In this document: positions 37,881 to 52,262 of the stretch, piece by piece | How positions within the stretch are numbered: position 1 is the stretch's first letter | How the letters are laid out: each line of letters starts with the position of its first letter | NCBI RefSeq assembly: GCF_028641065.1 | Contig: NC_073405.1 | Location: 16,368,001-16,432,000, forward strand | Length of the DNA: 64,000 nt | Direction of reading: 5' to 3' | From: Leucoraja erinacea | Lineage: Eukaryota | Made by a program: the position numbers and the translations under genes | The notes under the pieces: model-generated | What the model was told of the DNA's origin: nothing | The model's database searches: none | What the model saw: only the letters and a program-made list of their open reading frames with translations

Positions 37881-37964
37881 CTTTGGTGTGAGTGTTTCCG
37901 TGGAAGAATAGGATGGGCTCGTTGATTCACCAGTGGAGAGAAATTCACAGGATTCCGTAGGGCT
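37881..37964 (-). CDS. ANKRD24: ANKRD24-like exon 11 (Ser/Thr-rich)
   Basis: 84 nt, phase 0-0. SPTESCEFLSTGESTSPSYSSTETLTPK, tttacAG acceptor and GTGAG donor. Confidence 0.75.
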
Positions 37965-39170
37965 CTGTAAACAGCAGAATAAGAAATATTTCAGTTTGAA
38001 ACTTAAACTAAAATGTTCAATCCTGAAGACCTTGCAGGAAAAGGAGCAGGTGAATCGTGTTGGATGGTTTTTCTTTCAATATTATTTCACAGAATTACTT
38101 CTTCATTGGAACTTATGAAGAAGCACCAAGGCCTTGGCTTGGCAGATGGTAAGAAAGGCCTTCCCTATCAAACCCTTCATATACAGTTGAAGTCTCAATC
38201 CCACCATATGCTGCCCTCCGGGGCACCTATCTCCTTCTAGATTGTGTGCTGGAAGCCCGAGGCCTGGAAAGAGATTAAATTACCTTTGTTCACATTCAAG
38301 CAGGGCAGAATTGACTATTATAATAGACATGTATGGTACCAGTAATCAACACAGTTTTGAGAACTAGTAGAAATTGAGAAATCACCATTGTTCCTCCCAC
38401 CCCCACTTCTTGTTTGATGGCATTCACAAATATTGCAGAATGATCAATTCCTTGGTCATTTCTATACATTATTATGACAGCAAGTACTTCCAGTAGACTC
38501 TTTACTATGGGCATAATCACAGTGAAACCTGGTATTGTTCTCAGTTAATGTATACAAGGGTGTGGTTCACATATGCATGCTGATGAAGAATGAACCAGAA
38601 CCTTGTCTATGTTTTTCACTGCTAGACTAAGGTAATATAAGTTCACTCAGTGTTAGCTCAATGCTACGGAATATTACACTTGTCCAGGTCTCCACCAGCC
38701 CATTCACCACACACAAGGATTGAGTCTGAGATCTGGGTCTTATTGTTCTGCACAGATTCTTGATCCAATAGCCAAGAACAACAACTGCATGAGATTCATT
38801 CTCAAGAATCATTAAGCACACATGTCTAAAATTTCCATCAGAGATATCACTGGGAGATTAGAATAACCCCCCTGGAGAAACAATTTGGTCACTTATGGCT
38901 TATGCAGAGGGCTTTCCACCCATCTAATGCTAAACGTTATTGGCTAAGATCGAGCCCTTGAGAATTTATCGTGTTAACTTACTCTCCTTCCATACAATCT
39001 AACTGATAATGAATTTTGGATGTACTGAAGGTACATTTTTCTATTGAACATAAAGTCACCCTTTAGGTTGGTACATACCATAATTACCAATCCCTCTGCT
39101 TCCTGCAACAGACCAAGTGCTGCTTTGCTACAGTTGATGTTGATTACTTACTAGAGTGGATTCCAGTTAC

Positions 39171-39245
39171 CTGAGTAGACGGGGTGCTTGGTGGCAAGGG
39201 GGCTTGCCTCTTTCGGGGACTTGTAGTTTTCTCTTTTGCTAAAAC
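39171..39245 (-). CDS. ANKRD24: ANKRD24-like exon 10 (proline-rich motif)
   Basis: 75 nt. VLAKEKTTSPRKRQAPLPPSTPSTQ; RKRQAPLPP resembles the RAI14 KKRKAPPPP SH3-binding motif. Confidence 0.85.
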
Positions 39246-39840
39246 CTGTAGAATTTGAGAATTAATCAGATGAAAGAAACCACCAGATAAGTAATATAAC
39301 CAAATCTTAGGGTTGGAGGAAGATAGTAAGCATAAAGAGTGAAGATAAAGGACATTTATGTGCAGACAGACAGTAATGGTTGAAGCTCAGAGACATACAG
39401 CTGATACGAGGGTGGAATGGAATCTGGAGAAAAAGGGGACTCTTTACAAGCATGAGGTGCTGGGAAAAATCCTAGACACTTTCAGTATGGAAATAGTTAT
39501 GGAGGAGAGGAAAGATTACCCTCCAGCCAATGCTTAGCCCATGTCTGGTCACTTCCACCTTCCCCACCTTGCCACAAGAAAATATTGCAGGAGATGAATG
39601 GCACTCTATGACCACGTTGAACAATAAATTCCAACCCTACATTTGAATCTTAGTTGTACATAGAGGCAGCAATCATTCAGTAACTCGGGTTTTTGAGATT
39701 AAAGCTGCTTTCTATGGTACTGAAACCTGCACTTCCTTGATTTCATTTTGGGCAGAGGTGGGCAATGTAAAGAGAGCACACCCAGTGTGGTTCTGATCAT
39801 GCCATGGGATTCATGAAAATCAGAAGCCGAGTTCCTTTAC

Positions 39841-39872
39841 CTGATGTTGCCTCCTCCTCAATTCCGGTTCGG
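39841..39872 (-). CDS. ANKRD24: ANKRD24-like exon 9 (micro-exon)
   Basis: 32 nt, phase 1-0, needed to restore frame. AEPELRRRQHQ, ttttAG acceptor and GTAAAG donor. Confidence 0.7.
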
Positions 39873-41133
39873 CTAAAACACAAATTAAAAACAGAAATAA
39901 GATCCATGCAAGGTGGAAAATTATGCAATATCTCATAATGAATATTACACAGGAACCGTATGGTGGCAATCATTTTCTGCGGCTGGTGCCTTGGATAGTA
40001 GGATCCACATACGCCCCACTTATATTTGTATTTCCAAATTATTTATGCCATCACGGCAGGGTAACATATGGACAGAACTTCTTTCCAACATAGCAGCAAA
40101 AATATATAATGAAGATGTTTTGATGTTCCCATGGTACATTTTATACTCTACAATTGACTTACCTCTCTATAATCTCTGGTCAGACCTAGACTAATGTTCT
40201 CTCTCTCTCCTGGTGCCTAAAGATCTCCATTATCACACATCACTAATCATTCCTGGCATGGATGATGTCTTTATTTGAGCAACACAATAAGTATTTTCAT
40301 TTCTATCACAATGGGACCATCAGATTTGTTATTCAAGCTCAATGTGATTTACAGTATATCTTTGTGATTGTGAATTAGGTCTTTACACAAATTCTGACCA
40401 GTTTCAAATTTAGCTTCAAAGCAGGAAATTTAGCTTTAGCTATAAGGAACCAAAGGAAAACATTTGTAGTGACCATCTCTCCCTTTGAAAGGACAAATTT
40501 AATCTGAATAATTTCTCTTGACATCATGCCTCACCATCTCTCCCCACTGTTTCCTCCTCACCTCCACCACCACCCCTCACCTCTCCACAAGACTACCCTG
40601 ATTGATCACTATGCAACTGCTGGATCACTATGCAAGACTCAGTTGCCACCTTGGTGACTGCATGAAGAAGATGGTGGGAATAAAATAGTCCATGGAATTG
40701 CATCCAACACTGAAAAGGGGATGGAAATTGGTGGGAATGGGAGTGGGGTTTGGGTGGCATTGTGGTTGAGCCTAGAAGAAAATGGATGGTTAGACAAAAA
40801 ACTTTAGCATGTTAAAAGGAAGCCAATATCTCAGCAACGGAATGCAGTTTTTCTAATGCAAATGTAGTCAATAATGAATTGTGTACACAACACAAAAAAA
40901 ATGCTATTTATGCTTAAAATAGCTTTTAAAAGTTACTGCAGATGTGGAATTGCCCATCCTATCTCCATACCCCATAAGACTCGTGTATTGGATCAACTCA
41001 TTGACTGTTAAATATATCCATTTGGAATGAGGAATGGAGGTGGAAGAAACTTATTCTGTAGCAATTGGAGGAGAAAATGAAGGGAACCTTTTTGAAGAGG
41101 AAAGGGTACTGTGCCTGAGAGAACACGGCCTAC

Positions 41134-41321
41134 CATTATTCCAGTAGTTCCTGTGAAGTGCAGCATGAAGGAGTTGCAGGATTTCTGGATTTCCAGTCAC
41201 CATACTGTAGTGTACAGCATCATGACCCAACGCATCCACTAGGCTGACATTAGCTCCACTCCTGACAAGAACATTGACCGTCTCCACACTGTTGTTTTCG
41301 CAGGCTAGCATCAAAGCTGTT
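41134..41321 (-). CDS. ANKRD24: ANKRD24-like exon 8 (last ankyrin repeats)
   Basis: 188 nt, phase 2-1. TALMLACENNSVETVNVLVRSGANVSLVDALGHDAVHYSMVTGNPEILQLLHAALHRNYWNN. Confidence 0.9.
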
Positions 41322-42491
41322 CTGCGTTTAGAAAAGACAAGAGAAAATGAGCCTCATTGTTGGCAGTGAGAAAACCCTAAATATCATCCTGCATGGTATT
41401 TGAAGGAATATTCTCCTCAAGGTTCAAGATGTTAATGGTCATACATTTTCATGCTTGCATTTCTGTTGCTTCACCAAATCATGTGATGGTTTAGTCCTGC
41501 CATCATAAAGAATGAAGAAAGGATTTTCTGAAACATAATGCAGTTCATATGAGTTTATAACGAGTTATTCTAGGACAAACCCGTCTTATTCTATTGAACA
41601 ATAATATGAAAGACAAGCACTGCAATAGATGGGGCAACTTCAGAAGTTCACTGCAGGAACAATGCCTCAGTTACAGAGCTGTCGATATTTGGACAGACTC
41701 ATGAGTCAGATAGCAATGCGAACTGGGCAGATTTCCTTCAAGAAATAATAGAGTTTGATTCAATTGAGACTGTCGATAGTCACCAACATTTGCTATCTTG
41801 ATTCTGAATTTAGGCAGGTTCAGAGCCTGCCAGTACTAGTGACATAGCTCTCCATGAGACACTAAAGAGAGGGAAGAATGTGGAATGAGAAAAAACATAC
41901 TTGTTTGAAATGCACATTTTCTTGTCCTGTTTCAAGAGAAGCCCCACTCGTCACTGTCACTGCCTGCTTCAATCCAATTTATCCATAAAAGTACCAGAAT
42001 GGCTCTTTTAGTAACTAAACAAAAATTAGGTGAGATTTATCTCACAAGACCTTGATTTTTAAATGTTCATACTTGTATTTAAAACTTCATTGCTCCCTCA
42101 GACTGTTTCCTATGACAAAATCATCACTCCTGCAGGACTAATTTGGATGGATCCACCATTTTCTTCAATCCGCTATCAGTAGCAATGCCTTCAGCTGCCT
42201 TGGTTCTTCACTACACTTCTCCTCAAAGCTCATTTTTTGCACCCTTGTGATTTGAAAAATAATTAAGCTACACTGCCATGAAGCCCCTTGAGTCCATTTT
42301 ATAATGTGAAAAAAACAAGATTTTAAAAGTTGGTTTTGGTGACTGCAATAATAGTACCAGTTGCAGAGAGTTACCGCATGTCCTGAGAACATAACGCGTT
42401 ATTGATGCAATGTTTTACTTCCTTTCTACTTACCACACTCTGCTCCCCTGCCTGTTGGCATACAGTTTCTGAGGTGACACACACAACTCAC

Positions 42492-42598
42492 CTTCCCTGC
42501 TTGTCCCTGCTGTTGACATCTCCACCTCTCATTATCAGACATCTGCACATCTCGTAGTTGCTCATCTGTGCAGCCAGCACCAATGGAGTGCAGCCATC
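42492..42598 (-). CDS. ANKRD24: ANKRD24-like exon 7 (ankyrin repeat)
   Basis: 107 nt, phase 0-2. DGCTPLVLAAQMSNYEMCRCLIMRGGDVNSRDKQGR. Confidence 0.9.
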
Positions 42599-42772
42599 CT
42601 GCAGTGATGGAAAAGGGGTGAGAAAGTATACAACACCTATCATCAAATACTCTCCCCATGTTCCCGATAGGCTCCCATTCAGAGGCGATAGATCTGAATG
42701 CCAGTAATACCCTTGAGCTGGTAGACGCCAGCGACTGAGATCTTGCTCACGCAACTTTAACTCCAAAGACAC

Positions 42773-42965
42773 AGCTGGTAGAGCTGTTGCTTCACAATTC
42801 CAACCACCTAGATTTCATCCTGACCCCCAGTGCTGTCTATGTGGTGTTTGCACATTCTCCCTGAGAATGCGTGGGTCTTTCTGGCTGCTCCAATTTCCTC
42901 CACATCCTAAAGATATGTGGAATGGTAATTTAGTTGGTACTGTAAATTGCCCTTAGTGTGTCTGT
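42773..42965 (+). mobile_element. Degenerate V-SINE
   Basis: tRNA-like head and V-domain remnants. Confidence 0.65.
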
Positions 42966-43051
42966 GATTGAAAATAGAACATAGAACAGTACAGAAAAGG
43001 GCCTTTCAGCACACAATGTCTCTACCAAACACAATGCCAAATTAAACTAAT

Positions 43052-44352
43052 TAGTTAGTGGCACTAACGTCTGTGGTGATGAAGTGCTTTGAGAGGTTGG
43101 TTATGGTGCACATCAACTCCTACCTCGACAAGAACCTTGACCAACTACAGTTCGCATACCGCCACAACAGGTCAATGGTAGATGCAATTTTACTGGCTCT
43201 CCACTCCGCACTGGACCACTTGGACAATAAAAACACCTACATCAGGCTGTTGTTTATAGACTACAGCTCGGCATTTAATACCATCATCCCTTCCAAGCTG
43301 GTTACCAAGCTCACGGAACTGGGCCTCTGCGCATCCCTCTGCAATTGGACTCTCGACTTCCTCATCCACAGACCACAGTCTGTTCGAATTGGAGGAACCA
43401 CTTCATCCTCAGTAACAATTAGTACGGGAGCACCTCAAGGCTGTGTGCTCAGCCCCCTGCTCACTCTATACCCATGACTGCGTAGCCAGTCATAGTGCGA
43501 ACTCCATCATCAAGTTCGCTGATGACACCACTATGGCTGGATGAATCACAGGTGGGGATGAGTCAGTGTATAGAAGTGAGATTGACCGACTGACCAAATG
43601 GTGCCAGCACAACAACCTGGCTCTCGACATCAGTAAGACCAAGGAACTGGTTGTGGACTTTAGTAGGGGAAGGATGAGGACCCACAATCCTGTTTATATC
43701 AATGGGACGATGGTGGAGAAGGTCAATAACTTCAAATTCCTTCAATATATCAGAAGATCTTTCCTGGACCCAGCACACCGATGCAATTGAAAAGAAGGCA
43801 CATCAGCGACTCTACTTCCTGAGAAAATTACAGAGATTCAGCATGTCGAAAATAATTCTCCTAAACTTCTACAGGTGCATGGTAGAGAGCATTCTGCCTG
43901 GTTCGGCAACTTGAACGTCCACAAGCGAAAAAGACTACAAAAAGTTGTGACCACTGCCCAGTCCATCCTGGCTTTGACCTCCCCACCGGCAAAGGGATCT
44001 ATCTTAGTCGCTGCCTCAAAAAGGCAGCCAAAATCATCAAGGTCCCGCACCATCCTGGCCACATACTTATATCACCACTGCCATCAGGAAGAAGGTACAG
44101 GAGCCTGAAGACTGTAACGTCCAGGTTCAGGAACAGCTTCTTCCCCACAGCCATCAGGCTATTAAACACAACAAATAAGCTTTGAGCTCTGAACTGCAAA
44201 AGACTATTATTATTTGTTATTTGCACTACATTTGTTATTTATTTAGCTTTTTTCTTTTTTCCCCCATTATATACAATGTTTACATATTCTGTTGTGCTGC
44301 AGCAAGTAAGAAAGACATATGACAATAAAACACTCTTGACTCTTTTGACTCT
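43052..44352 (+). mobile_element. Rex1/Babar-like LINE (RT and 3' end), frameshifted
   Basis: [48 protein letters not shown] motifs; (CTCTTGA)n tail. Confidence 0.9.
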
Positions 44353-45214
44353 TGCTTGAAATCCATATCCCTCCATTCCCTGCATATCCACAGCTCCCTG
44401 AAAGTGGCAACACAAGTGAGTAGGGTGACAGGACTCTTAGGAGAATTAACGTACAGAGGAAACTTGGGATGCAAGTCCATAGCTCCCTGAAAAATGGCAA
44501 CACAAGTAAGTAGGATGGTAAGGAAGGCATACAGCATGATTGCCTTCGTTGGTCAGGGCATTGAATATAAAAGTTAAAAGCTATGTTGCTGCTTTATAAA
44601 CTTTTGGTTAGGCCATGTTTAGAGCACGATGTGCAATCTCGGTTGTCCCATTACAATGCTTAATGGGCAATAATGGACATTTAGACGTGCACCCAGATGG
44701 GATCAGTTTAAATTGGCAACATAGTCAGCACAGACATCATGGGTCGAAGGATTATTCTTGTGCTATATTGTTCTATGTTCTATATTTTTACCTTCCTGTT
44801 ATGTCGGGAAGTACAATTTTTTGAAAGCCCCACAATCTCCCAAAGGATGTGATTGGAAAAGGAGTTGTCAAAGTGGAGCAATTAGTCGCAATTCTTGGAA
44901 GAATCTAAATGAAAGCCTGCCAGGTCCTCTGCGTTTGGGCGCCCTTGTAATGCATTCAGCGGACTATCTGGGAAGTGGGCTTCATTTTTTGATCAGGACC
45001 CCTCATTGCCAAGACCTGGTCAGCTCTTCTATTTACTGTGGAAGCCTCTATATTGTTCATATTACATTCCTCTCTACACTATTTCTTGCACACAGATTCA
45101 AGTATTTAATTCCTCCCGGAACCATTTAAAAATGCGCAACAAACCAAACTAAGTTCAGCTTCACATTGTGTCTTTCAATAAACCTGCAAAGAGTAGGATA
45201 GAAATATTACTTAC

Positions 45215-45285
45215 ATCATCATAAACATTTATAGGGCCCTTGAAATCACACAGGGTCTGAACACAGGAAAAATTTCCACTTAGAG
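45215..45285 (-). CDS. ANKRD24: ANKRD24-like exon 6 (ankyrin repeat)
   Basis: 71 nt, phase 1-0. ALSGNFSCVQTLCDFKGPINVYDD. Confidence 0.88.
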
Positions 45286-45344
45286 CTGCAAAAAAAGAGA
45301 AAAATTATGCAATATGCAAATGCACAAGTTAAACTTAACATTAA

Positions 45345-45398
45345 AGGTACACAACATTTTGTGTGTACCTTCGATTTTCCAGCATCTGCAGTTCCTTC
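45345..45398 (+). mobile_element. Very short Penelope-derived insertion with hairpin
   Basis: 16-bp TSD TTAAACTTAACATTAA (45329-45344 and 45399-45414). Confidence 0.7.
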
Positions 45399-45652
45399 TT
45401 AAACTTAACATTAACATGAACTATGTATAGGAAGGAGTTGCAGATGCCGAGAGTATGAGTCGAGGGCAAACTCGCCAGAACACGCGGATTAGGTCGGCCA
45501 AATGGGACAGGCCCTTTAGTTAGGTTGAGTGTTTTCTGAAGAGTCCCCAAACCTGTCGCATGGTCACTGCACCATGCTGTCATTCCATAGGTTCATTGTC
45601 AACACCACACGTCAGGCAGAAGGAAGAGATGGCAACTTTGAGAAACACTGAC

Positions 45653-45710
45653 CTGCATAATGTAGTGCAATCCTGCCCATACAGTCAACTGCATTTACTG
45701 GGCATTTTTC
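45653..45710 (-). CDS. ANKRD24: ANKRD24-like exon 5 (ankyrin repeat)
   Basis: 58 nt, phase 0-1. EKCPVNAVDCMGRIALHYA. Confidence 0.88.
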
Positions 45711-46133
45711 CTAAAGAAAGAAAGAAAGATTTAGATTTATGGTTTTCCAGCCAATTAAGCATTTCTGACATTTTGCCATTGCTGTGCTGCAGAGAAAATC
45801 CCTTTATTCTCCGCGTTTCTTCCTCCTCTTTGTCCTTAAAACAAGCCACTATACTAAATATTCTCAACTCACACAAAAAAATGATCAACCTGAAATGTTA
45901 AGTTTGTTTCTCTCTCCATTGATACTCCTCGACCCGATGAATATTACCTACATTGTCTTTCTTATTAATTTAAGTGTTAACAATGGGCTCAGCCTAATGC
46001 CCCCTGCTGATTTCCAATCCTTCTTGATCCACCTGAAACATGTGAAGTATTGCCAGCAGGGATTTGCAAGCTGGTTGTGGTGTTTACCTGGGAGCTCCTG
46101 AACAGCATAAAGATTATCACAGGATAACCATAC

Positions 46134-46198
46134 CTGTAGAAGTCTCTTCACACACTGATGGTGCCCGTGTTTTGTTGCCAAATGTAAAGCATTCATTC
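46134..46198 (-). CDS. ANKRD24: ANKRD24-like exon 4 (ankyrin repeat)
   Basis: 65 nt, phase 1-0. GMNALHLATKHGHHQCVKRLLQ. Confidence 0.9.
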
Positions 46199-46995
46199 CT
46201 AGGTTGCAATCAGACACACACGTCAGATAATTCTTGTTCCCAAAAAACAATAACAACGGAAATATATGGGATTCCATTCATCCAGTATGATATTTTCATA
46301 CACTACTAAACATGCAATAAATTCCTGAGTGCCATTTCAACACAGTCATTAATCTGTTTATTCAACACAATTCTTTAAGACCATAACAACCTGCTGAGGC
46401 GAAATAATTTCCTTTGATGCCTTTGTATTTATCTTAAATCTGGGTTCTTTTGCTACTGACCTTCCTGTCAGTACAAGTACTCTCTCATTAAAAAAAAACT
46501 TCCCATAATTAAAAAAAAAAATTCAATAAATTGTCATTGACTCATCGATGCTCTATGGATCATGAATATGGTTTGGTTGTATTACTATATCCTTAGCTCA
46601 GAATGCCGACACCAAAAGTGCTCCTGACTCATAAAACCAAGCTCTGAGGCTGGGTGCAAGCTTGGATCTCCTCAGACTTTCGTCCTCAGCAAATCGTCAG
46701 TTTTTGCAATTGAAAACACGGACTCCTTATTGTTTAGCCAAACTGCTGCTTAGGATTTCAGTGGGTACCTGATGTTCACATATACTGTAAAGTGCAAAAG
46801 CACCAAGCAATAGTCAGAACTAAGGAAGAATTAATAATGGCTCTTTCTATGTTAACACAAAGACTTAGTGAACTGAATTTCCACCAGGAATCTCCTGATC
46901 ATCCACTAAAACTAGTGCAATGCCCTCCGAGACCTATAGCCCCATTCTGCTGGAAAACGGTCTTCCCTTAGAATGCAAGGCTATGACAGGTATAC

Positions 46996-47084
46996 CTGAG
47001 CCATCCAGTGCAGTGACATCCACTCCATGGGCCAAGAAAACTTCCAGACAATCCACATGACCCTTTATTGCAGCCAGGTGATAT
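46996..47084 (-). CDS. ANKRD24: ANKRD24-like exon 3 (ankyrin repeat)
   Basis: 89 nt, phase 2-1. YHLAAIKGHVDCLEVFLAHGVDVTALDGS. Confidence 0.9.
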
Positions 47085-48473
47085 CTGAGGGGCAAATGGA
47101 CACAGCTCTTGAATTAATGGTGGAGGAACAGAGTACAGCAGCATGCTAATCATTTATTAAAAACAACTGGTTGGGCCACAACTATGTTCAGTTCTGATTA
47201 ACATACTTCAAATAATCCATGGGGAAATTTCAGAGGAAATTGGCCAACTTGGTACCATGATGACATCTTTAGCCATGTGATGAGACTGGGGAGCTGGGAT
47301 TAGGCTCTTTAGGGATAAGGAAGCCTCTAATAGTCTTCAGGATTATGAGGGATATTGATTGGGCAAATATTGTAATTAAGATGTAAATTAAACTAAATTT
47401 TGGATGCGATGTACGACACAGCCGTCATTATATTGCAAGTATAATGCAAATGTTTGTTGTGAACTTCTTCTCCACTGTTTCCACTGGCAGGAGCCTGGAG
47501 ATTAGAGGTTAAATGGTAAAAAGTATGAGTGGCAATTGACGAGAAGTATTTTACTGTGGTGAATTCCTGTAATTTAGAATACATCATCTCAGAGGTTGGT
47601 ACAAATAGATTTAATGGTAACTTACAAAAGAATAATGAGATTGGGAAAGAGTAGGAAAGTGGGACTAATTAGAGCCGGCATTATTGATGAATGGGCATCT
47701 CGTATGCTGCTTGATTCAAAAAAGTGCTTGGGATTGCTTGGATCAAAGGGTTACAGTTGGCAACGGCTTGACTTTGAGTAACTTACAAAACAAACCAAGT
47801 GGAGATCACCACTTGGAATCTTACACAGCAGTATTGCAATGCGTAATGCTGGTCTTCAGCTTGTACGAAAATCTAAAATATCTTAGAAACATATGTTTTA
47901 TTTTAACTATGCAAACTTATTTTATTAACTTATTTGAATATTTGTCAAGCATGCTCCTATCTTTCCCTGCTTTCCTGTGAATTGCACGAGCAATTGCAAT
48001 TCTATGTAGACTGCTTCCTTATGTAAATGTGACAGTGATTGAATATTGATGATTATCAAAGTCGAACAAGAAATAAATGGGCTAATTACATTTAGGGAAA
48101 TGACAAACTATTAAACATTTATCTCAGAATCATTTTCTTGCACATGCTATGGATTTTCAGACCATTGCTAGAGTTTCCAAATACATCTTTGACAGGTGTT
48201 CGGTGTTGGCGTCAAAAGAGTGTTCATTTTTAATAATAAAGGCTTCATGACCTGTAATGTTAACTCTGTTTCTCCCCCCATCCTTGGTATCTGCAACATT
48301 ATATGTTCTTGATGAGAATGAAATTGGTAAGTTCAGTTTCTTTTCCTAATAGTGATAGCAAAAAGCTTGCTACCCACCCAACACCTGTTGCCCTATTTTG
48401 TTCAACTGAATGCATAATAATTATCCTACAGTTTTAAAATATGTCTCTCCAAATGCAGGAAGTTTCAAACTCA

Positions 48474-48650
<177 letters not shown>

Positions 48651-49021
48651 TTACCTTGTACAACATCAAACATTCCAGAGCACTTTAGAAACTTATTTGC
48701 TCCTGTAATTCAGGAATTGCAGCAGCACATTTGTGTATAATAATTTTCCACACAGAAGATCCTGATCCTGAAACAGATCCTGACACCCCAAGAGAAGAAT
48801 GCAGCTAATTAACCCAGGACTAACATAGAACTTATTCCATAGTTCTATCCAGCATGTTTCTGCATTGGTTAGTTCTCATAACTCAGAATGTAGAACTTGC
48901 AACCACAGCAGGGTGTAACAAATGGCAATGCTAATTTAGCCCCCACATCTAATATATTATTATTTCTGGGTACCTGACTATTGTATGGATGACTTAGACA
49001 GGATACCGAAAAATCCTCAGA

Positions 49022-49305
49022 GGGCAGTGGCACTGCGGTAGAGTTGCTACCTTACAGTGCCAGAGACCCGGGTTCGATCCTGATTACGGGTGCTGTCTGT
49101 GCGGAGTTTGTACGTTCTCCCTGTGACTGCATGGGTTGTCTCCGAGTGCTCTGGTTTCTTTCCCATGCAGGTTTGTAGGTTAATTGGCTTCCGTAAATTG
49201 AAAATTGTCCCCAGTGTTTAGGACTAGTATTAGTATACGGTGTGATCGCTAGTCGGTACAGACTCGCTGGTCCAAAGGGCCTGTTTCTGCACTGTATCTC
49301 TAAAG
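49022..49305 (+). mobile_element. tRNA-derived V-SINE (HE1-like)
   Basis: B-box GGTTCGATCC, V-domain, CR1-type tail 'gggcctgtttctgcactgtatctctaaa'. Confidence 0.85.
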
Positions 49306-49979
49306 TACAGTCAAGAGTAAAGAAAATGTAAATATTATACCTGAAAGGGGGACCTCAGTTATATAGAGATCCTGGAAAAGATGGGATAGTTCTTAAAGCA
49401 GAGAAGATGAAGGGGAGTAAAAATAAAAAATGCTGGAAACATTCTGTAGGTTGGGCAGCATCTGTGTAAAGAATTCTGATGACGGATCTTCAGCCTGAAA
49501 CATTTTTCTCTTACCAAAGATGCTGTCCCATCTGCTGAAAGTTTTTTCTTTCATTCCTATTTTTTTTTCGGTCAGACTCTCATCATCTGCAATTTTCATT
49601 TCAAGACGAAGTCGAGATTGGAAAGAGGTGTTCACTGCAATCAGGGGTAGGTCATTCCATATTTTTAATTTATCTTTTAACAGTGCCAATTTCCTGCACT
49701 ACTACCATATCCCTTGATTCTTTTAAGATTCAATAAAAATCTATGAACTTCTTTTCTGATTATAATCTGCCCTGCTCTGGGTTATGGAATTCAAAAGATT
49801 CACTACCTGTGTAATGAAATGTCTTCTTCTCTCTGTGCTGAATAGTCATCTGTAACTAGGAGATACTCCAACTCAGAATCTACAATGTTTACTCCCCTAA
49901 AGAATACTCCATGTGTCCATGCTTTTGGTGTCCATGACTTCATGTAAGAGATCACTGAACGTCTTGCAGCAATGGATCC

Positions 49980-52262
49980 AGATATTCAGTGCTGGCAAGA
50001 GGGCTTTCAAAAGTGAGATGGCAAGAGTACATGGGGAGCATGTTCCTGTTAGGATGAAGGACAAGGCTGGCAAGTTTAGGCAACCTTCGTTGACGAGAAA
50101 TATTGAGGCTCTGGTCAAGAAAGAAGAGGTATACGTCAGATGTAGGCAGTGAGGATCAAGCGAATTTCTCTGCGAGTATAATAAGTGTCGGAGTAAGCTT
50201 AAGATAGTAGTCAGGATGGCAACAAGAGGACAGTAAATGGAGCAGGTAGGCAAGGTAAAGGGAAATCCAAATAAATGATACAGGTATGTTAAGAGTAAAA
50301 GTGTGGCTTTGGAGAAAATACGTCCTTAGAAATCAGCATGGCCATTTTTATGGAACTGCAAGCGATGGAAGAGATATTAAATTAATACTTATTGCTCGTT
50401 TTTACTGACGAGAAGATCCCAAGGAATCGAGGCATAGGAGCGTGATGTCTCAGATCATATTCAAATTACCAAAGTGGAAGTTTAGGTAGTTTTAAAGCAA
50501 ATTAAGATGGATAAATCCTGAAGGGCAGACCAAAATCATCTTCATATATTGTGGGAAGTTAGGGATGAAATTACAAAGGCCCTTGAAGAGATATTTGCAT
50601 CATTGCTAGCCACAGGTGAAATTGCATAAGACTGAGGATGATTAACATTGTATCATTTATTAAGAAGGACAGCAAGGACAAGCCAGGAACCCATTGGTCG
50701 GTGAGCCCGACATCAGTGGTGGGTAAATTGTTGGAGGAGATTCTGAGGGACAGGATTTACCAGCAATTGGAAAGCCATATAGTAATTAGTGATAGTCTTT
50801 GTGGCTTTGAGCATGGGAAATAGTGTCTTACAAATCATTTTTGAAGGGGTCACAAAGAAGATTGATGAGGGCAATGCAGTGGATGTTGCCAAAGTGGACT
50901 TTAACAAGGCTTTTGGCAAGGTCCCACATTGTGGGGTTGTTTTTAAGATTAGATCGCGTGGAATCCAAGGCAATTTAGCCAATTAGATTCAAAACTGACT
51001 TGGAGGAAGGAATCAAAGAGTAATTGTGGAGGAGGAACTGCAGATGCTGGTTTATACCAAAGATAGACATAAATTGCTGGAGTAGCTCAGCGGATCAGGC
51101 AGCATCTCTGAAGAAAAGGAATAGGTGACGTTTCAGGTCGGAACCGTTCTTCAGACTGTGATGTTTCGGGTCGGAAACCTTCTTCTGTCCAACCCAAAAT
51201 GTCACCTATTCCTTTTCTCCAGAGATGCAGCCGGACCCACTGAGTTACTCCAGCATGTTGTGTCTATCTTCGGAAATTGTGAAGAGTTGTTTTTTTGATT
51301 GGAAGTAAGATTATCTAAGTTTGCAACCAGATCTAGATCACTTGGGAAGAAGGTAAACCAAGGAATGGCAAATGGAATTTAATGCTGATGAATGTGAGGT
51401 TCTGCACTGTCAAAGCAAGGCTGGATTAACACAGTAAATGGTTCAATACAGGACATTGTTAGAGTGACCTGGGGGTACACGTGCATGGTTCTCTAAAAGT
51501 AAGGCAGACAATGTGGTGAAGAAGGTGTTTAGCACGCTTGCCTTCATGGAAAGCGAATTGAGTATAAAAGTTGGGACATCATCATGCAGTTGCACAAGTC
51601 ATTGGTGAGATCACACTTGGAGAACTGTATGCAGTTCTGGTCGCCCCACTGCATGGGGTTAGGAGGGAGAGATAGATCAGCCATGATTTAATGGCGGAGT
51701 AGACTTGATGGGCCAAATGGCCTAATTCTACTCCTATATCTTATGACTTTATGACCTCATGCAGGAACCCAGTCACTAAATTGGAAAGATTGCAGAAGAG
51801 ATTCACCAGGAGGTTATCTGGGCTTGCAAGCTTGAATTATAGGGAGCGGTTGGATGGACAGGGGATTTTCTTCTTTAGAGCGCAGCAATGACCTTATTGA
51901 AGTGCCTAAAAACATGAGTAACATGAATAAAGTGAACACACACAATCCTTTTCCAGGGTAGAAGATTCTGAATTGCAAGGGCATAGCTTTAAATGAGAGG
52001 AGAGCGATTTGAGGGGGACCTTTGGGGAGACCTATCTACTTTGAGGATATTCTGCATCTGAAGTGACTGGTCAGAATAAGCTGTAGAACCAGACAGAGTT
52101 ATGAGTTAAAAAAAACACTTGGACAGAAATATGGATGGGAAGAGTTTAGAGGCTTATGGACTAAGTACAAGCAAATGGTTCCACCCAAATATGCCAACTT
52201 GGTTGGCACGGATGATTTGGGCTGTCAGGCCTGTATCTGTGCTGTACAGCTCTGCGACTCTA
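49980..52262 (+). mobile_element. Old CR1 LINE (endonuclease-RT linker, RT, 3' end) with nested insertions
   Basis: KKDSKDKPGTHWSVSPTSVVGKLLE and IDEGNAVDV..DFNKAFGKVPH motifs; many frameshifts. Confidence 0.8.
51032..51274. mobile_element. Palindromic Penelope-derived element with tandem hammerhead-like cores, nested in CR1
   Basis: Near-TSD AATTGTGGAG / AATTGTGAAG (51022-51031 and 51275-51284). Minus-strand cores at 51157-51121 and, degenerate, 51187-51158. Confidence 0.75.

Noticed and set aside
39152-39170. Alternative donor GTAAGT 19 nt downstream of exon 10
   Set aside because: It would shift the frame and has no support.
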